NCBI GenBank assembly: GCA_035287145.1
Contig: DATEBX010000013.1
Coordinates: forward strand, 1-32,174
DNA length: 32,174 nucleotides
Source: Patescibacteria group bacterium
Lineage (GTDB): Bacteria > Patescibacteriota > UBA1384
Direction: 5' to 3'
Shown piece after piece: positions 13,453 to 21,690 of the stretch. The translations under genes were made by a program, and so were the position numbers. The first letter of the stretch is position 1, and each line of letters starts with the position of its first letter. The notes under the pieces were generated by a model, which ran no database searches, was not told where the DNA came from, and worked only from the letters and a program-made list of their open reading frames with translations.

Positions 13453-14445
13453 TTGGCTTGTCACGCACCTTACAAACTTGGAAAGGCGGCGGTTCGCGTG
13501 GAAGGACCCTCCGATGGCTATGGCCTCAAATACGTTGTCCCCAACGATGCGTGGGGCATACAACTTTTCAATGGCCACATCCTTGAATACGTAGCCGCCA
13601 GCGGCGCGTTGGGCTTTGACGGCAAGGCCTGGCCGTGGGAACGGCTTTTGTGCTGGCTTGGACTCATCGATATCGACTCCGACTTTTTCACCGTGGTGAC
13701 CAAGACCCTAACCCGTCAGCCGACTGAAGGCAATCTTCGGTGGTACGACCCCTGGTTCTGTGTGCGGCCAATTCGTGACGGGTTTGTCAATGCGGTAGGC
13801 CTTACCAACCCCGGCATTGATTGGTGGTGCCGGAAAATCGGTCCGTCGGTCAAAAAGGAAAAGCTTTCTCTGGTTGCTTCGATCTTTGGCGAGCCGGAGG
13901 AGCTTGGGGAAATGGCAACAATGCTAAACAGCTTCGAGTTAGTCGGGCTGGAAATCAACGCTTCGTGCCCCAATACCAAGGATGACGGTTTTCAGGACAC
14001 TGAGAGAGTTGTGGCCGCTTGCCAGGCGGTTAAGGCGAATTCCAGCTTGCCGCTGATACTCAAGCTCTCTGTTGTTCACGATGTCGCGCGCATCGCAAGG
14101 CAAGTTAAGGGTCTCGTCGAGGCATTCTCCATCAACAGTGTGCCCTGGGCTGTGGCCTTCCCTGATCACTGGAGCCCTCTCGAACGGCTTGGCGGCGGCG
14201 GGGTTTTCGGCAAGACCGCTCAGCGTTTAACTTGGCCGATGGTCGGTAAGATCGCCCGCGATACCAATGTGCCGGTTATCGGCCCTAGCGTCTGGGATTA
14301 TGATGATATCGAGCGGTTGAGGACGCTTGGCGCTCGAGCCATTAGCTTCGGCTCTCTCTTTCTGCGCCACCCCGGGCGCCCCACACAGTATGTGATGTGG
14401 GACGTCCGTGCCCGTATGGCCGCCAAGACAAACCCCCATACCTAG
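13453..14445 (+). CDS. Dihydroorotate dehydrogenase (class 1)-like flavoenzyme, divergent
   Basis: By-eye colinearity with PyrD type 1: AASGALGFDG, VVTKTLTRQPTEGN, NAVGLTNPGID, LVASIFG, GLEINASCPNT (Cys base), PLILKLS. The usual IG(M/G)GG motif reads IGPSVW. Start uncertain (TTG 13453 or in-frame GTG 13498). Confidence 0.7.
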   Translation: MACHAPYKLGKAAVRVEGPSDGYGLKYVVPNDAWGIQLFNGHILEYVAASGALGFDGKAWPWERLLCWLGLIDIDSDFFTVVTKTLTRQPTEGNLRWYDPWFCVRPIRDGFVNAVGLTNPGIDWWCRKIGPSVKKEKLSLVASIFGEPEELGEMATMLNSFELVGLEINASCPNTKDDGFQDTERVVAACQAVKANSSLPLILKLSVVHDVARIARQVKGLVEAFSINSVPWAVAFPDHWSPLERLGGGGVFGKTAQRLTWPMVGKIARDTNVPVIGPSVWDYDDIERLRTLGARAISFGSLFLRHPGRPTQYVMWDVRARMAAKTNPHT

Positions 14446-14472
14446 CGGCTCTCGTCCCTTGAGAGAGCCGCT
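14444..14472 (+). terminator. Stem-loop terminator overlapping the DHOD-like stop codon
   Basis: 10-bp stem agcggctctc/gagagccgct, 9-nt loop, followed by a weak T tract (atttgatt). Confidence 0.55.
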
Positions 14473-14500
14473 ATTTGATTCAGATTCAGATACAAACAAG

Positions 14501-14570
14501 CTTAACCTGTTAAAGTACACCTCGCCCGCCTGCGGAAGCTTAATTTTAAGCAGTACGGGCAAGTAGGTGG
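14501..14570 (+). repeat. H-family repeat H2, hairpin loop interrupted by a 39-nt insert
   Basis: 14501-14524 equals the H1 5' half up to ...gtacacctcg. 14525-14563 is a 39-nt self-complementary insert (gcccg/cgggc, gcttaa/ttaagc). The repeat resumes at taggtgg (14564-14570). Confidence 0.75.
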
Positions 14571-14576
14571 CAGAAT

Positions 14577-14611
14577 AACCGCACGTACACCTACGAGGTG
14601 TACGTGCGGTT
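14577..14611. repeat. H-family hairpin H3: 16-bp perfect palindrome
   Basis: aaccgcacgtacacct-acg-aggtgtacgtgcggtt. The core is the reverse complement of the H1 core (acacctacgaggtgtac). Confidence 0.9.
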
Positions 14612-14754
14612 CATATAACTGGTTCGCCTGATTTTGATAGATACTTACATCTCGTGGCCCGCGCGGTTCGGTGAATTCCCCAAGAGGCAATTCAGGAATT
14701 TTGTGCACCGCACAATCGAGACAAGATTCGCATGCATTCAAGTGATATATTGAT

Positions 14755-14806
14755 ATCGGCGAAAATCTGCGTTATCGGGTGGGTTTGATCGGCGCCAATC
14801 TGCGTT
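14755..14806 (+). promoter_or_regulatory. Two 19-bp direct repeats upstream of the SLT gene (candidate operator)
   Basis: atcggcgaaaatctgcgtt (14755-14773) and atcggcgccaatctgcgtt (14788-14806). 17/19 identical, with a 33-bp period. Confidence 0.35.
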
Positions 14807-14818
14807 TATTGTAATTTG

Positions 14819-14846
14819 TTGCCCATTTGTGTGGTTCTGATAAAAT
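14819..14846 (+). promoter_or_regulatory. Candidate promoter with extended -10 (TTGCCC-16-TGaTAAAAT)
   Basis: TTGCCC at 14819-14824, TG at 14838-14839, TAAAAT at 14841-14846, upstream of the ATG at 14892. Confidence 0.4.
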
Positions 14847-14891
14847 GTGGGTGAAAGCTTGCAATAAGAGGCGACAAAACTAACCAAGCTA

Positions 14892-15554
14892 ATGCGCAAG
14901 AGAATCAATCTTATATTATTTTTGGTCGGGTTAGGCCTGATCGGGGTTTTGGCGGCTTTTAAGTTGCCGGGCATTTTGGCGGACCAACTTTATCCCCTGC
15001 GCTACGTTAAAGAAATTCGCGAATGCTCTGCGCCTTACAATCTCGACGAAGCGTTGGTGGCGGCTTTCATTAAACAGGAGTCGAACTTTAACCCAAAAGC
15101 GGTTTCACGCGCCGGCGCTTCAGGTTTGGGACAGATTATGCCGGCCACCGCCGCCGGCATCGCCCGCAAATTGGGGATACCGAGCTACGATATTTTTGAC
15201 CCTAAAACCAATGTTTGCTTTACGACATTTTACATCGCCGGTATGCTCGGGCGCTACAACGGCGACCTGGTCGCGGCGGCCGCGGCCTATAACGGCGGCG
15301 CGGCGGTGGGCGATCGCGTGGTGGCGTCCCGCAATGCCGCCATTCCCGGCGAGACCTCGCGCTATATTGTCGCCGTACCTCGGCTTTACGAGGTTTATAA
15401 AGAAATTTATGGCATCAAACTTAAAAGTGTGCCCGATGATTACAGCGGGTCGATGGCGGGAGGCGAGGGCTATAAAACATTTGTCCAAAAACAGCCGCCC
15501 AAAAAATTATGGGATGTGATTATCAATGACTTGGTCGGGAAATATATCAAGTAG
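14892..15554 (+). CDS. Lytic transglycosylase, SLT domain (GH23), membrane-anchored
   Basis: N-terminal TM (INLILFLVGLGLIGVLAAF). SLT motifs AFIKQESNFNPKAVSRAGASGLGQIMPATA and AAAAYNGG. Confidence 0.85.
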   Translation: MRKRINLILFLVGLGLIGVLAAFKLPGILADQLYPLRYVKEIRECSAPYNLDEALVAAFIKQESNFNPKAVSRAGASGLGQIMPATAAGIARKLGIPSYDIFDPKTNVCFTTFYIAGMLGRYNGDLVAAAAAYNGGAAVGDRVVASRNAAIPGETSRYIVAVPRLYEVYKEIYGIKLKSVPDDYSGSMAGGEGYKTFVQKQPPKKLWDVIINDLVGKYIK

Positions 15555-17298
15555 CCAGTTGAGGGAACTTTTTGTTAAGTTCTTTATGGAAAAGGGGCAC
15601 CAGTTGGTGTCCCATTCTTCTCTGGTCCCCGCCGACCCTTCTGTGCTTTTTACCACCGCCGGCATGCAGCAGTTCAAAAGCCACTATCTTAGTCCCAAAG
15701 AAGCGCCTAGCCGTCGCGTCGTAACTGTTCAGCCCAGTTTCCGCACCACCGACATCGAAGAGGTCGGTGATAAAACGCACTTGACGCTTTTTGAGATGCT
15801 GGGTAATTTCAGTTTTGGCTACGAGGGTGGGGATAAAAACAGGTTGGAAGAATCACAAGCGGAGGCGGACTCAAATGAGCCGTATTTTAAGAAAGATGCG
15901 ATTGTCTGGGCGTGGGAGTTTCTCACCGGCCAGGATTGGCTGGCTATTCCTTACGAAAGGGTATCCGCATCCTTTTTCAGGGGTGACGAAACACTGCCCA
16001 AAGACCAATCGTCGAGAGATATTCTTGAGTTTATCGGCGGCTGCGACAGAATCACCCCGGCCGGCAAAGAAGATAATTTTTGGGGACCTACCGGCCTGGA
16101 AGGCCCTTGCGGCCCGACAGTCGAGTTTTATGTTGACGGCGTGGAGATTTGGAACTTGGTTTTTAACGAATATTATTTCAAGGACAATAAGTACACAAAA
16201 CTGGATTATTGGGGTGTGGATACGGGCGCGGGGCTCGAGCGGCTCTTGGTTGTCCTCAATGGGTACGAAGATGTTTACAACACAGATGTATTGAAGCCGC
16301 TTATTGATTTGGCGGCGCGGGAGGGTGTAAGCCAGCGCTCGCATCAGCGCATCCTTGCCGACCACGCGAAAGCGGCGGTTTTCGCGCTGGCCGACGGCGT
16401 GGTGCCTTCCAACAAAGAGGCGGGTTATGTTGTGCGCCAGCTCCTGCGCCGCGCCATGGTGGCGGCCGGCAAGGGGAATGAACAACTGTTAAAGCCCGTG
16501 GCGAAAGAGGTACAGTCAATCTATCAAAAACCGTATCCTCATCTTGGAAGAGTGGATTTGGGGGTGTTCGACCAAGAAATTGTCAAATGGCAGTCCGTAG
16601 AAGCGGTCGGTGAAAAATATCTTAACAAATACATCGAACGTGGGATTAAAAAGATTTCCGGCAAAGAAGCTTTTGACATCTTCCAGAGCCACGGCTTTCC
16701 CGTCGAGCTTTTAAGCGAGATGGCCAAAAAGCGTAAAATTGAGGTTGACCAGCGCGGCTTTTGGCTGGAGTTGGAGAAACATCACAAAGTGTCTCGCGTC
16801 GGCGCCCACAAGAAATTTAAGGGCGGATTGAGTAGCCGTTCGGCAATTGAAACCAGGTATCACACCGCGACCCACCTCCTTCACCGTGCTCTTCTTGATG
16901 TTTTAGGCGAGCATTCTTTTCAGCGCGGCTCCAATATTACCGCTGAACGGTTGCGTTTTGATTTCGCCCATCCCCACGCGGCGACCCCGGCCGAACTGGC
17001 TCAAATAGAAGAAATAGTCAATCAAAAAATCAGTGCCGGCTTACCGGTCACCCACAAGCATATGACCCCCGCCGAAGCGACATCTGCCGGCGCGCTGGGA
17101 TTATTCAATGAAAGATACGGGCAAGAGGTAATCGTTTACGCCATCGGCCAGTGGTCAAAAGAGCATACGCCGTATTCGCTCGAGATTTGCGGCGGGCCGC
17201 ATGTCGACAACACTGCCCAAATTGGCAAGCTTAAGATTGTTAAGGAAGAAGCGGTGAGCGCAGGCGTCCGTCGTATCCGTGCTGTTATAGGCAAATAG
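15526..17298 (+). CDS. alaS: Alanine--tRNA ligase, short form without a C-Ala domain
   Basis: LRELFVKFFMEKGH, FTTAGMQQFK, WNLVFNEYY, GAGLERL, ILADHAKAAVFALADGVVPSNKEAGYVVRQLLRRA, editing-domain HTATHLLHRAL and CGGPHV. Ends at 590 aa. Overlaps the SLT gene by 29 nt. Confidence 0.9.
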   Translation: MTWSGNISSSQLRELFVKFFMEKGHQLVSHSSLVPADPSVLFTTAGMQQFKSHYLSPKEAPSRRVVTVQPSFRTTDIEEVGDKTHLTLFEMLGNFSFGYEGGDKNRLEESQAEADSNEPYFKKDAIVWAWEFLTGQDWLAIPYERVSASFFRGDETLPKDQSSRDILEFIGGCDRITPAGKEDNFWGPTGLEGPCGPTVEFYVDGVEIWNLVFNEYYFKDNKYTKLDYWGVDTGAGLERLLVVLNGYEDVYNTDVLKPLIDLAAREGVSQRSHQRILADHAKAAVFALADGVVPSNKEAGYVVRQLLRRAMVAAGKGNEQLLKPVAKEVQSIYQKPYPHLGRVDLGVFDQEIVKWQSVEAVGEKYLNKYIERGIKKISGKEAFDIFQSHGFPVELLSEMAKKRKIEVDQRGFWLELEKHHKVSRVGAHKKFKGGLSSRSAIETRYHTATHLLHRALLDVLGEHSFQRGSNITAERLRFDFAHPHAATPAELAQIEEIVNQKISAGLPVTHKHMTPAEATSAGALGLFNERYGQEVIVYAIGQWSKEHTPYSLEICGGPHVDNTAQIGKLKIVKEEAVSAGVRRIRAVIGK

Positions 17299-17331
17299 TG
17301 GTAATATTAACTTGAATCAGGAGGGGAATTA

Positions 17332-18585
17332 GTGTTTAAGCTCTTTGGTTCAAAATCCCAAAGCGATCAAGCCGCTATATCTTTGGATATTGGCACGGAG
17401 TTTGTCAAAGCTCTGATTTTTAAGGTTGACAAGGAAAAAGCGACAGTGGTGGGTGTCGGCCGCCAGCGTCAACGCTTGGCGGATATGCAAGGTGGCATGG
17501 TTACCGATATCCAAGGTGTCATTCGCAACTCGGAGGCGGCGCTGTCTGAAGCCGCCGAGCAGGCGGGTTTTTTACCCTCGCAAGTCATTATCGGCATCGC
17601 CGGTGAGTTGGTTAAGGGTATGACGACAACCGTGCGCTATATCCGCAACAAACCGCGCGAACAAATTACACTCGACGAGCTCAAGGATATTATCGCGAAG
17701 ATTCAAATCCGTTCTTTTGAGCGGGTGCGCAGCATCTTGGCGCTCGAGACCGGCCACCAGGAAATTGATGTGAAGTTGGTCAACGCGGCCATCACCGATG
17801 TTAAAATCGACAGCTACCGTGTGACTAATCCTCTCGGTTTTCAGGGCAAAGAAGTCGAAGTCGGTGTTTTTAACGCTTTCGCGCCCATCGTCCATCTTGG
17901 CGCTCTGCAAACTATCGCCTCCAGCTTAAAACTGGATTTGCTGGCGGTGGCCGCCGAGCCCTATGCCGTGGCGCGAGCTTGTGGCCCTAACCAGGGTTCG
18001 GATTTTAGCGCCATTTTCATTGACATTGGCGGCGGGACGACCGACATTGCCGTGGTGCGCCAAGGCGGTGTCGAGGGAACAAAGATGTTCGCCCTGGGCG
18101 GTCGCGCCTTCACCAAAAGTTTAGCCTCGATTCTCAATGTTTCTTTTATGGAAGCGGAAAAAGACAAACTGGCCTATTCGGACGGCAAATTAGCGAGCCA
18201 ACGAAAGCTGGAGGTGGTTAAAAGAGCGGTGAGTTCCGATTGTGAAGTCTGGTTCGCGGGTGTAGAATTAACCCTAGGGGATTTTGTCAATGTTGACTTA
18301 CTGCCCAGCCGCATATATCTCTGCGGCGGGGGAAGCAAGTTGCCCGATATTATGGCAACGCTCAAGCAGGCGCGCTGGAATAAGGACTTGCCATTTGCCC
18401 GCCGGCCGGTGGTGCAGTATTTCGAGCCGACGGAGATACCGCGCGTCAAAGACGCGACCAAAGAATTAAACGATATTGCCGATGTTACACCTATGGCGCT
18501 GGCCAACCTAGCTATTGAACTGGTCGGATCGGAGGGCGTTGTTGACAGTATCCTATCGAAAGTAGTCGGGTCGTTAACGGAGTAA
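17332..18585 (+). CDS. ftsA: Cell division protein FtsA (actin-like ATPase)
   Basis: GTG start preceded by AGGAGGGG. Phosphate and adenosine motifs ISLDIGTEFVKA, FIDIGGGTTDIAV, LCGGGSKLPDI. Colinear FtsA core. Confidence 0.8.
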   Translation: MFKLFGSKSQSDQAAISLDIGTEFVKALIFKVDKEKATVVGVGRQRQRLADMQGGMVTDIQGVIRNSEAALSEAAEQAGFLPSQVIIGIAGELVKGMTTTVRYIRNKPREQITLDELKDIIAKIQIRSFERVRSILALETGHQEIDVKLVNAAITDVKIDSYRVTNPLGFQGKEVEVGVFNAFAPIVHLGALQTIASSLKLDLLAVAAEPYAVARACGPNQGSDFSAIFIDIGGGTTDIAVVRQGGVEGTKMFALGGRAFTKSLASILNVSFMEAEKDKLAYSDGKLASQRKLEVVKRAVSSDCEVWFAGVELTLGDFVNVDLLPSRIYLCGGGSKLPDIMATLKQARWNKDLPFARRPVVQYFEPTEIPRVKDATKELNDIADVTPMALANLAIELVGSEGVVDSILSKVVGSLTE

Positions 18586-18587
18586 CT

Positions 18588-20324
18588 ATGGAAGAATTTA
18601 TCTATCTTGAAGTTGACGAGGAGATTACCTCGATTATCGATCGGATGCACCAAAATAAAACCGACAGGTTCGGTTTGGTGGTGCCGCGCGGCGCCACGGT
18701 GCTTCAATCGGTGGTCAACCTAAAACTCATAAAAAAAGAGGCGGAAAAACTTGACAAAGCCATTGCCATCATCACGCTTGATAAAATCGGCCGCAATTTG
18801 GCGGCGCAAGTCGGCTTGCCCGTTTATGACGACATAAAACAAGCGGCGGTAACGGTGGCGCCTGGCAAGGAGCAGAAAATATCTCACGCCAATGATGTGA
18901 TAGAGATAGATATGAGCCAACCGGAGGCGGCGGGTGAGGTGCCGGAAGGAGTCAATGTGCATTATTATGACCAAGAGGGAACAGTGGCGCCCGGCGAGGA
19001 AAAGCCCGATAAGAACTCGCAAGAGGAGGAAGGCAAGGAAGAAAAGGAAAAAGACGAGGCGAAAAGCGCGCCGCCAGCCAAAGAGCCCGATTTTAAAGCC
19101 AAAGAAATTAAATCATCACCTATGAAAACCATGCAGCAAATCGCCCAAGCCTCGCAACCCGCCAAATTCGCCAAGAAAAAAGGCCTAAAGCGCAAAATAA
19201 TTTTCGCTCTCGCGGCGGCGGCGCTGGCGGCCATAGTCTACTGGGTGGTTGGCGCCAGAGCCCAAGTAACCATCGGTGTAGACGCGGAACCCTATGAGGC
19301 CAAAGCGCCGGTAAGCATTGACGCGACCCTTTTAGGCAATGACACGGAAAACTCCAAAGTTGCCGGCACTTTGCTGGAAACTACCGTCGATGTTAAAGAA
19401 ACTCTCAAGGCCAGCGGCAAAAAACAAGTCGGTGAAAAAGCCAAAGGAACATTAACTTTCTATAACAATGACGGTGTCGATCAGATATTGGCATCCGGTA
19501 CCACTGTGATAAATTCCGGCTTAAAATTCAACCTAACTTCCGCTTTGACGGTGCCCAAAGCCGTAGTCAGCGGCGGTGCCATAGTACAGGGGAAGGCCGA
19601 CGGCGAGGTGGTGGCGCAAGAGTCCGGTGCGCAGTTTAATCTACCCTCCTCAACAACATATACGGTGGGAAAGGCTTTAATTTCCGCCCAGGGCGGGACA
19701 GCGGGTGGGACAACTAAAGAGGTTACGGTTGTCGCGGCGACCGATGTCAGCGAAGGTAAGGATAAGATTATCGCCGCCCGTTCGGCCGAGCTGCGCGACG
19801 CGCTCAAGGCCTCCGCCAAAGGACTCTTTATTATCGAAGGCGCTGTCAATTACAGTTTTACGGAATTTACCCCCTCTAAAGAAGTTGGTGCCGAAGCCGA
19901 AAATTTCGAAGCCAAAGGAAAAATCAAGGCGCAAATTATCGCTTTTGACGAATCGAACCTGCGCGTTGTCGTCGCCGATAAGGCCAAAAAAGATTTGCCC
20001 CCGGATAAGTCCTTGCTCATTGACGAAAAGGATGTGATTACCCCGACGCTCACCAGCGTGGACTTGGCGAAAAAGGAAATGAAACTCCAAGTTGTATTAT
20101 CCTCGCATGTCGGCGCGGCGGTTAATACAGATGGGTTGGACCGCAAGATAAAAGGTAAGTCGGCGAAAAAAGCGCGCACATTAATTGAAGAGCAAACCGG
20201 CGCGAAAAATATTGACATTAAAATTCGGCCCAACTTGGGGCTATTGCGCCTGCCATTTTTGGCGAGTAGCATAAAATTTAAACTTGACTACGTTAACGCC
20301 GCGCCGGAAGCTAATCCAACATAG
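18588..20324 (+). CDS. Hypothetical bitopic membrane protein (cytoplasmic N-domain, K/E-rich linker, one TM, large extracytoplasmic domain; possibly baseplate-J-like)
   Basis: Starts 3 nt after ftsA. TM IIFALAAAALAAIVYWVVGA (about 19200-19260). The low-complexity EEKPDKNSQEEEGKEEKEKDEAK linker precedes the TM. KGTLTFYNN...GTTV...VVAQESGAQFNL recalls baseplate J/gp47-like domains, but this is a weak recollection. Confidence 0.6.
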   Translation: MEEFIYLEVDEEITSIIDRMHQNKTDRFGLVVPRGATVLQSVVNLKLIKKEAEKLDKAIAIITLDKIGRNLAAQVGLPVYDDIKQAAVTVAPGKEQKISHANDVIEIDMSQPEAAGEVPEGVNVHYYDQEGTVAPGEEKPDKNSQEEEGKEEKEKDEAKSAPPAKEPDFKAKEIKSSPMKTMQQIAQASQPAKFAKKKGLKRKIIFALAAAALAAIVYWVVGARAQVTIGVDAEPYEAKAPVSIDATLLGNDTENSKVAGTLLETTVDVKETLKASGKKQVGEKAKGTLTFYNNDGVDQILASGTTVINSGLKFNLTSALTVPKAVVSGGAIVQGKADGEVVAQESGAQFNLPSSTTYTVGKALISAQGGTAGGTTKEVTVVAATDVSEGKDKIIAARSAELRDALKASAKGLFIIEGAVNYSFTEFTPSKEVGAEAENFEAKGKIKAQIIAFDESNLRVVVADKAKKDLPPDKSLLIDEKDVITPTLTSVDLAKKEMKLQVVLSSHVGAAVNTDGLDRKIKGKSAKKARTLIEEQTGAKNIDIKIRPNLGLLRLPFLASSIKFKLDYVNAAPEANPT

Positions 20325-20332
20325 GCGGCGTT

Positions 20333-20716
20333 ATGATCTCGCAAGGAATTATCCTCGCACTCGACTTGGGCGCCAAGCAAACCGGACTCGCGCTCTTTAA
20401 GGAAGGTTTTGTGGTGGGGCGCGGCGTGGTCGGCGGCTGGCTCGAGTGGCAACAATTATCAGCCCAACTGTCACGCGTCATCGCGGAAGAGCAAGTCGCG
20501 CGTATCGTCGTCGGCGTGCCGCACTCGCCAAGCGGCGACCAAGCGCGGCAGTATGAAACCTACATTGCCGTCATTAATAAGAAGTTTGCCTTGCCCGTGT
20601 CAACGGTAGATGAAACATTAACTTCGGTTGCCGCGCGGGAGCAGGGCGCTTCCACCGATGACCACGAGGGGGCCGCCAAAATAATATTGGAGGATTACCT
20701 TGCCCAAAATCGGTAA
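20333..20716 (+). CDS. ruvX: YqgF/RuvX-family putative pre-16S rRNA nuclease / Holliday junction resolvase-like protein
   Basis: The N-terminal ILALDLGAKQTGLAL motif and the 127-aa size are typical of YqgF. Confidence 0.75.
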   Translation: MISQGIILALDLGAKQTGLALFKEGFVVGRGVVGGWLEWQQLSAQLSRVIAEEQVARIVVGVPHSPSGDQARQYETYIAVINKKFALPVSTVDETLTSVAAREQGASTDDHEGAAKIILEDYLAQNR

Positions 20717-21656
20717 GAAGGTAATACTGGGCGCCGTATTGGTATTGCTCGCAATGCTAATGATTGGCGCGGGCTACGGCTGGTGGCGCTGGCAAGCGCG
20801 GCCGGCGGGCAAGAGCGGCACCATCGTGGAAATTACCGCCGATAATTTTTACGACCTCCGGCTCCAGCTTTCGAGCAAGAAACTTATTGGCTCCGGCCTC
20901 TACTTCGCGGCCATCTGGGGGGATAAAAAACAACTGCCGGAGAGGGGCTATTATTCTTTGGGCGGCACCGATGCTAAAGAGTTAAAAAAACTGTTAATGG
21001 CCGGTCCCAACATTGTCAAACTGACCATACCCGAAGGTTTTTCGGCGGGACAAATCGCCGCGCGCTTGGTCGGCGAGGGTTTGCCGGGTGAGGACTTTCT
21101 TGCACTCGCTTTGCCGCTTGAAGGCAAACTGTTTCCCGAAACGTATTTTTTGCGCAAAGCGTCAAACGCCCAGCAAATTATTGACAAACTGACGGCGACA
21201 TATGACGACAAAACCACTGAACTGACATTGTCGAATAATGATTTGATATTGGCATCCATCATCGAACGCGAAGCTAAAAAGGACGAAGAACGCCCGAAAA
21301 TTGCCGCCCTTTACCTTAATCGACTAGCACAAGGCATGAAGCTCGAAGCCGACCCGACGGTGCAGTACGGCCGTGATTTAACTTCGCTTAAAGCCGACGA
21401 CTTAGTAAATGTAAAATTGTGGCAGCCGCTCGCCTCGGGCGACACCCACGCCATTGTGTCAAAGTATAATACTTATGCCTCGGCCGGCCTGCCGCCCGGT
21501 CCCATTTGTAATCCCGGAATCAAGAGCTTGAAAGCGGCAAAAAATCCCGAAGCGGGTATTACCGCCCTCTATTTCTTTCACGACGCTGGCGGTGTTGTCC
21601 ATTTTACGAACTCTTTCACGGAGCACCAAGCCGCTATCCAAGAATTCGGCCTATAA
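20700..21656 (+). CDS. mltG: Endolytic murein transglycosylase MltG (YceG-like)
   Basis: TTG start with GGAGGA 5 nt upstream. N-terminal TM. YceG motifs LEGKLFPETYF, ASIIEREA, LEADPTVQYG, YNTYASAGLPPGPICNPG. Confidence 0.85.
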   Translation: MPKIGKKVILGAVLVLLAMLMIGAGYGWWRWQARPAGKSGTIVEITADNFYDLRLQLSSKKLIGSGLYFAAIWGDKKQLPERGYYSLGGTDAKELKKLLMAGPNIVKLTIPEGFSAGQIAARLVGEGLPGEDFLALALPLEGKLFPETYFLRKASNAQQIIDKLTATYDDKTTELTLSNNDLILASIIEREAKKDEERPKIAALYLNRLAQGMKLEADPTVQYGRDLTSLKADDLVNVKLWQPLASGDTHAIVSKYNTYASAGLPPGPICNPGIKSLKAAKNPEAGITALYFFHDAGGVVHFTNSFTEHQAAIQEFGL

Positions 21657-21661
21657 ATTTA

Positions 21662-21690
21662 TTGACACCAATGCACTTCCCTGTTATTAT
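21662..21690 (+). promoter_or_regulatory. Near-consensus sigma70 promoter (TTGACA-17-TATTAT)
   Basis: TTGACA at 21662-21667, 17-nt spacer, TATTAT at 21685-21690. Begins 6 nt after the mltG stop codon. Confidence 0.6.

Noticed and set aside
15871-16485. 204-aa minus-strand ORF inside alaS, and the 177-aa minus-strand ORF at 18174-18707 across the junction of ftsA and the downstream gene
   Set aside because: Both are antisense to well-supported genes. They have no motifs and no ribosome-binding context.
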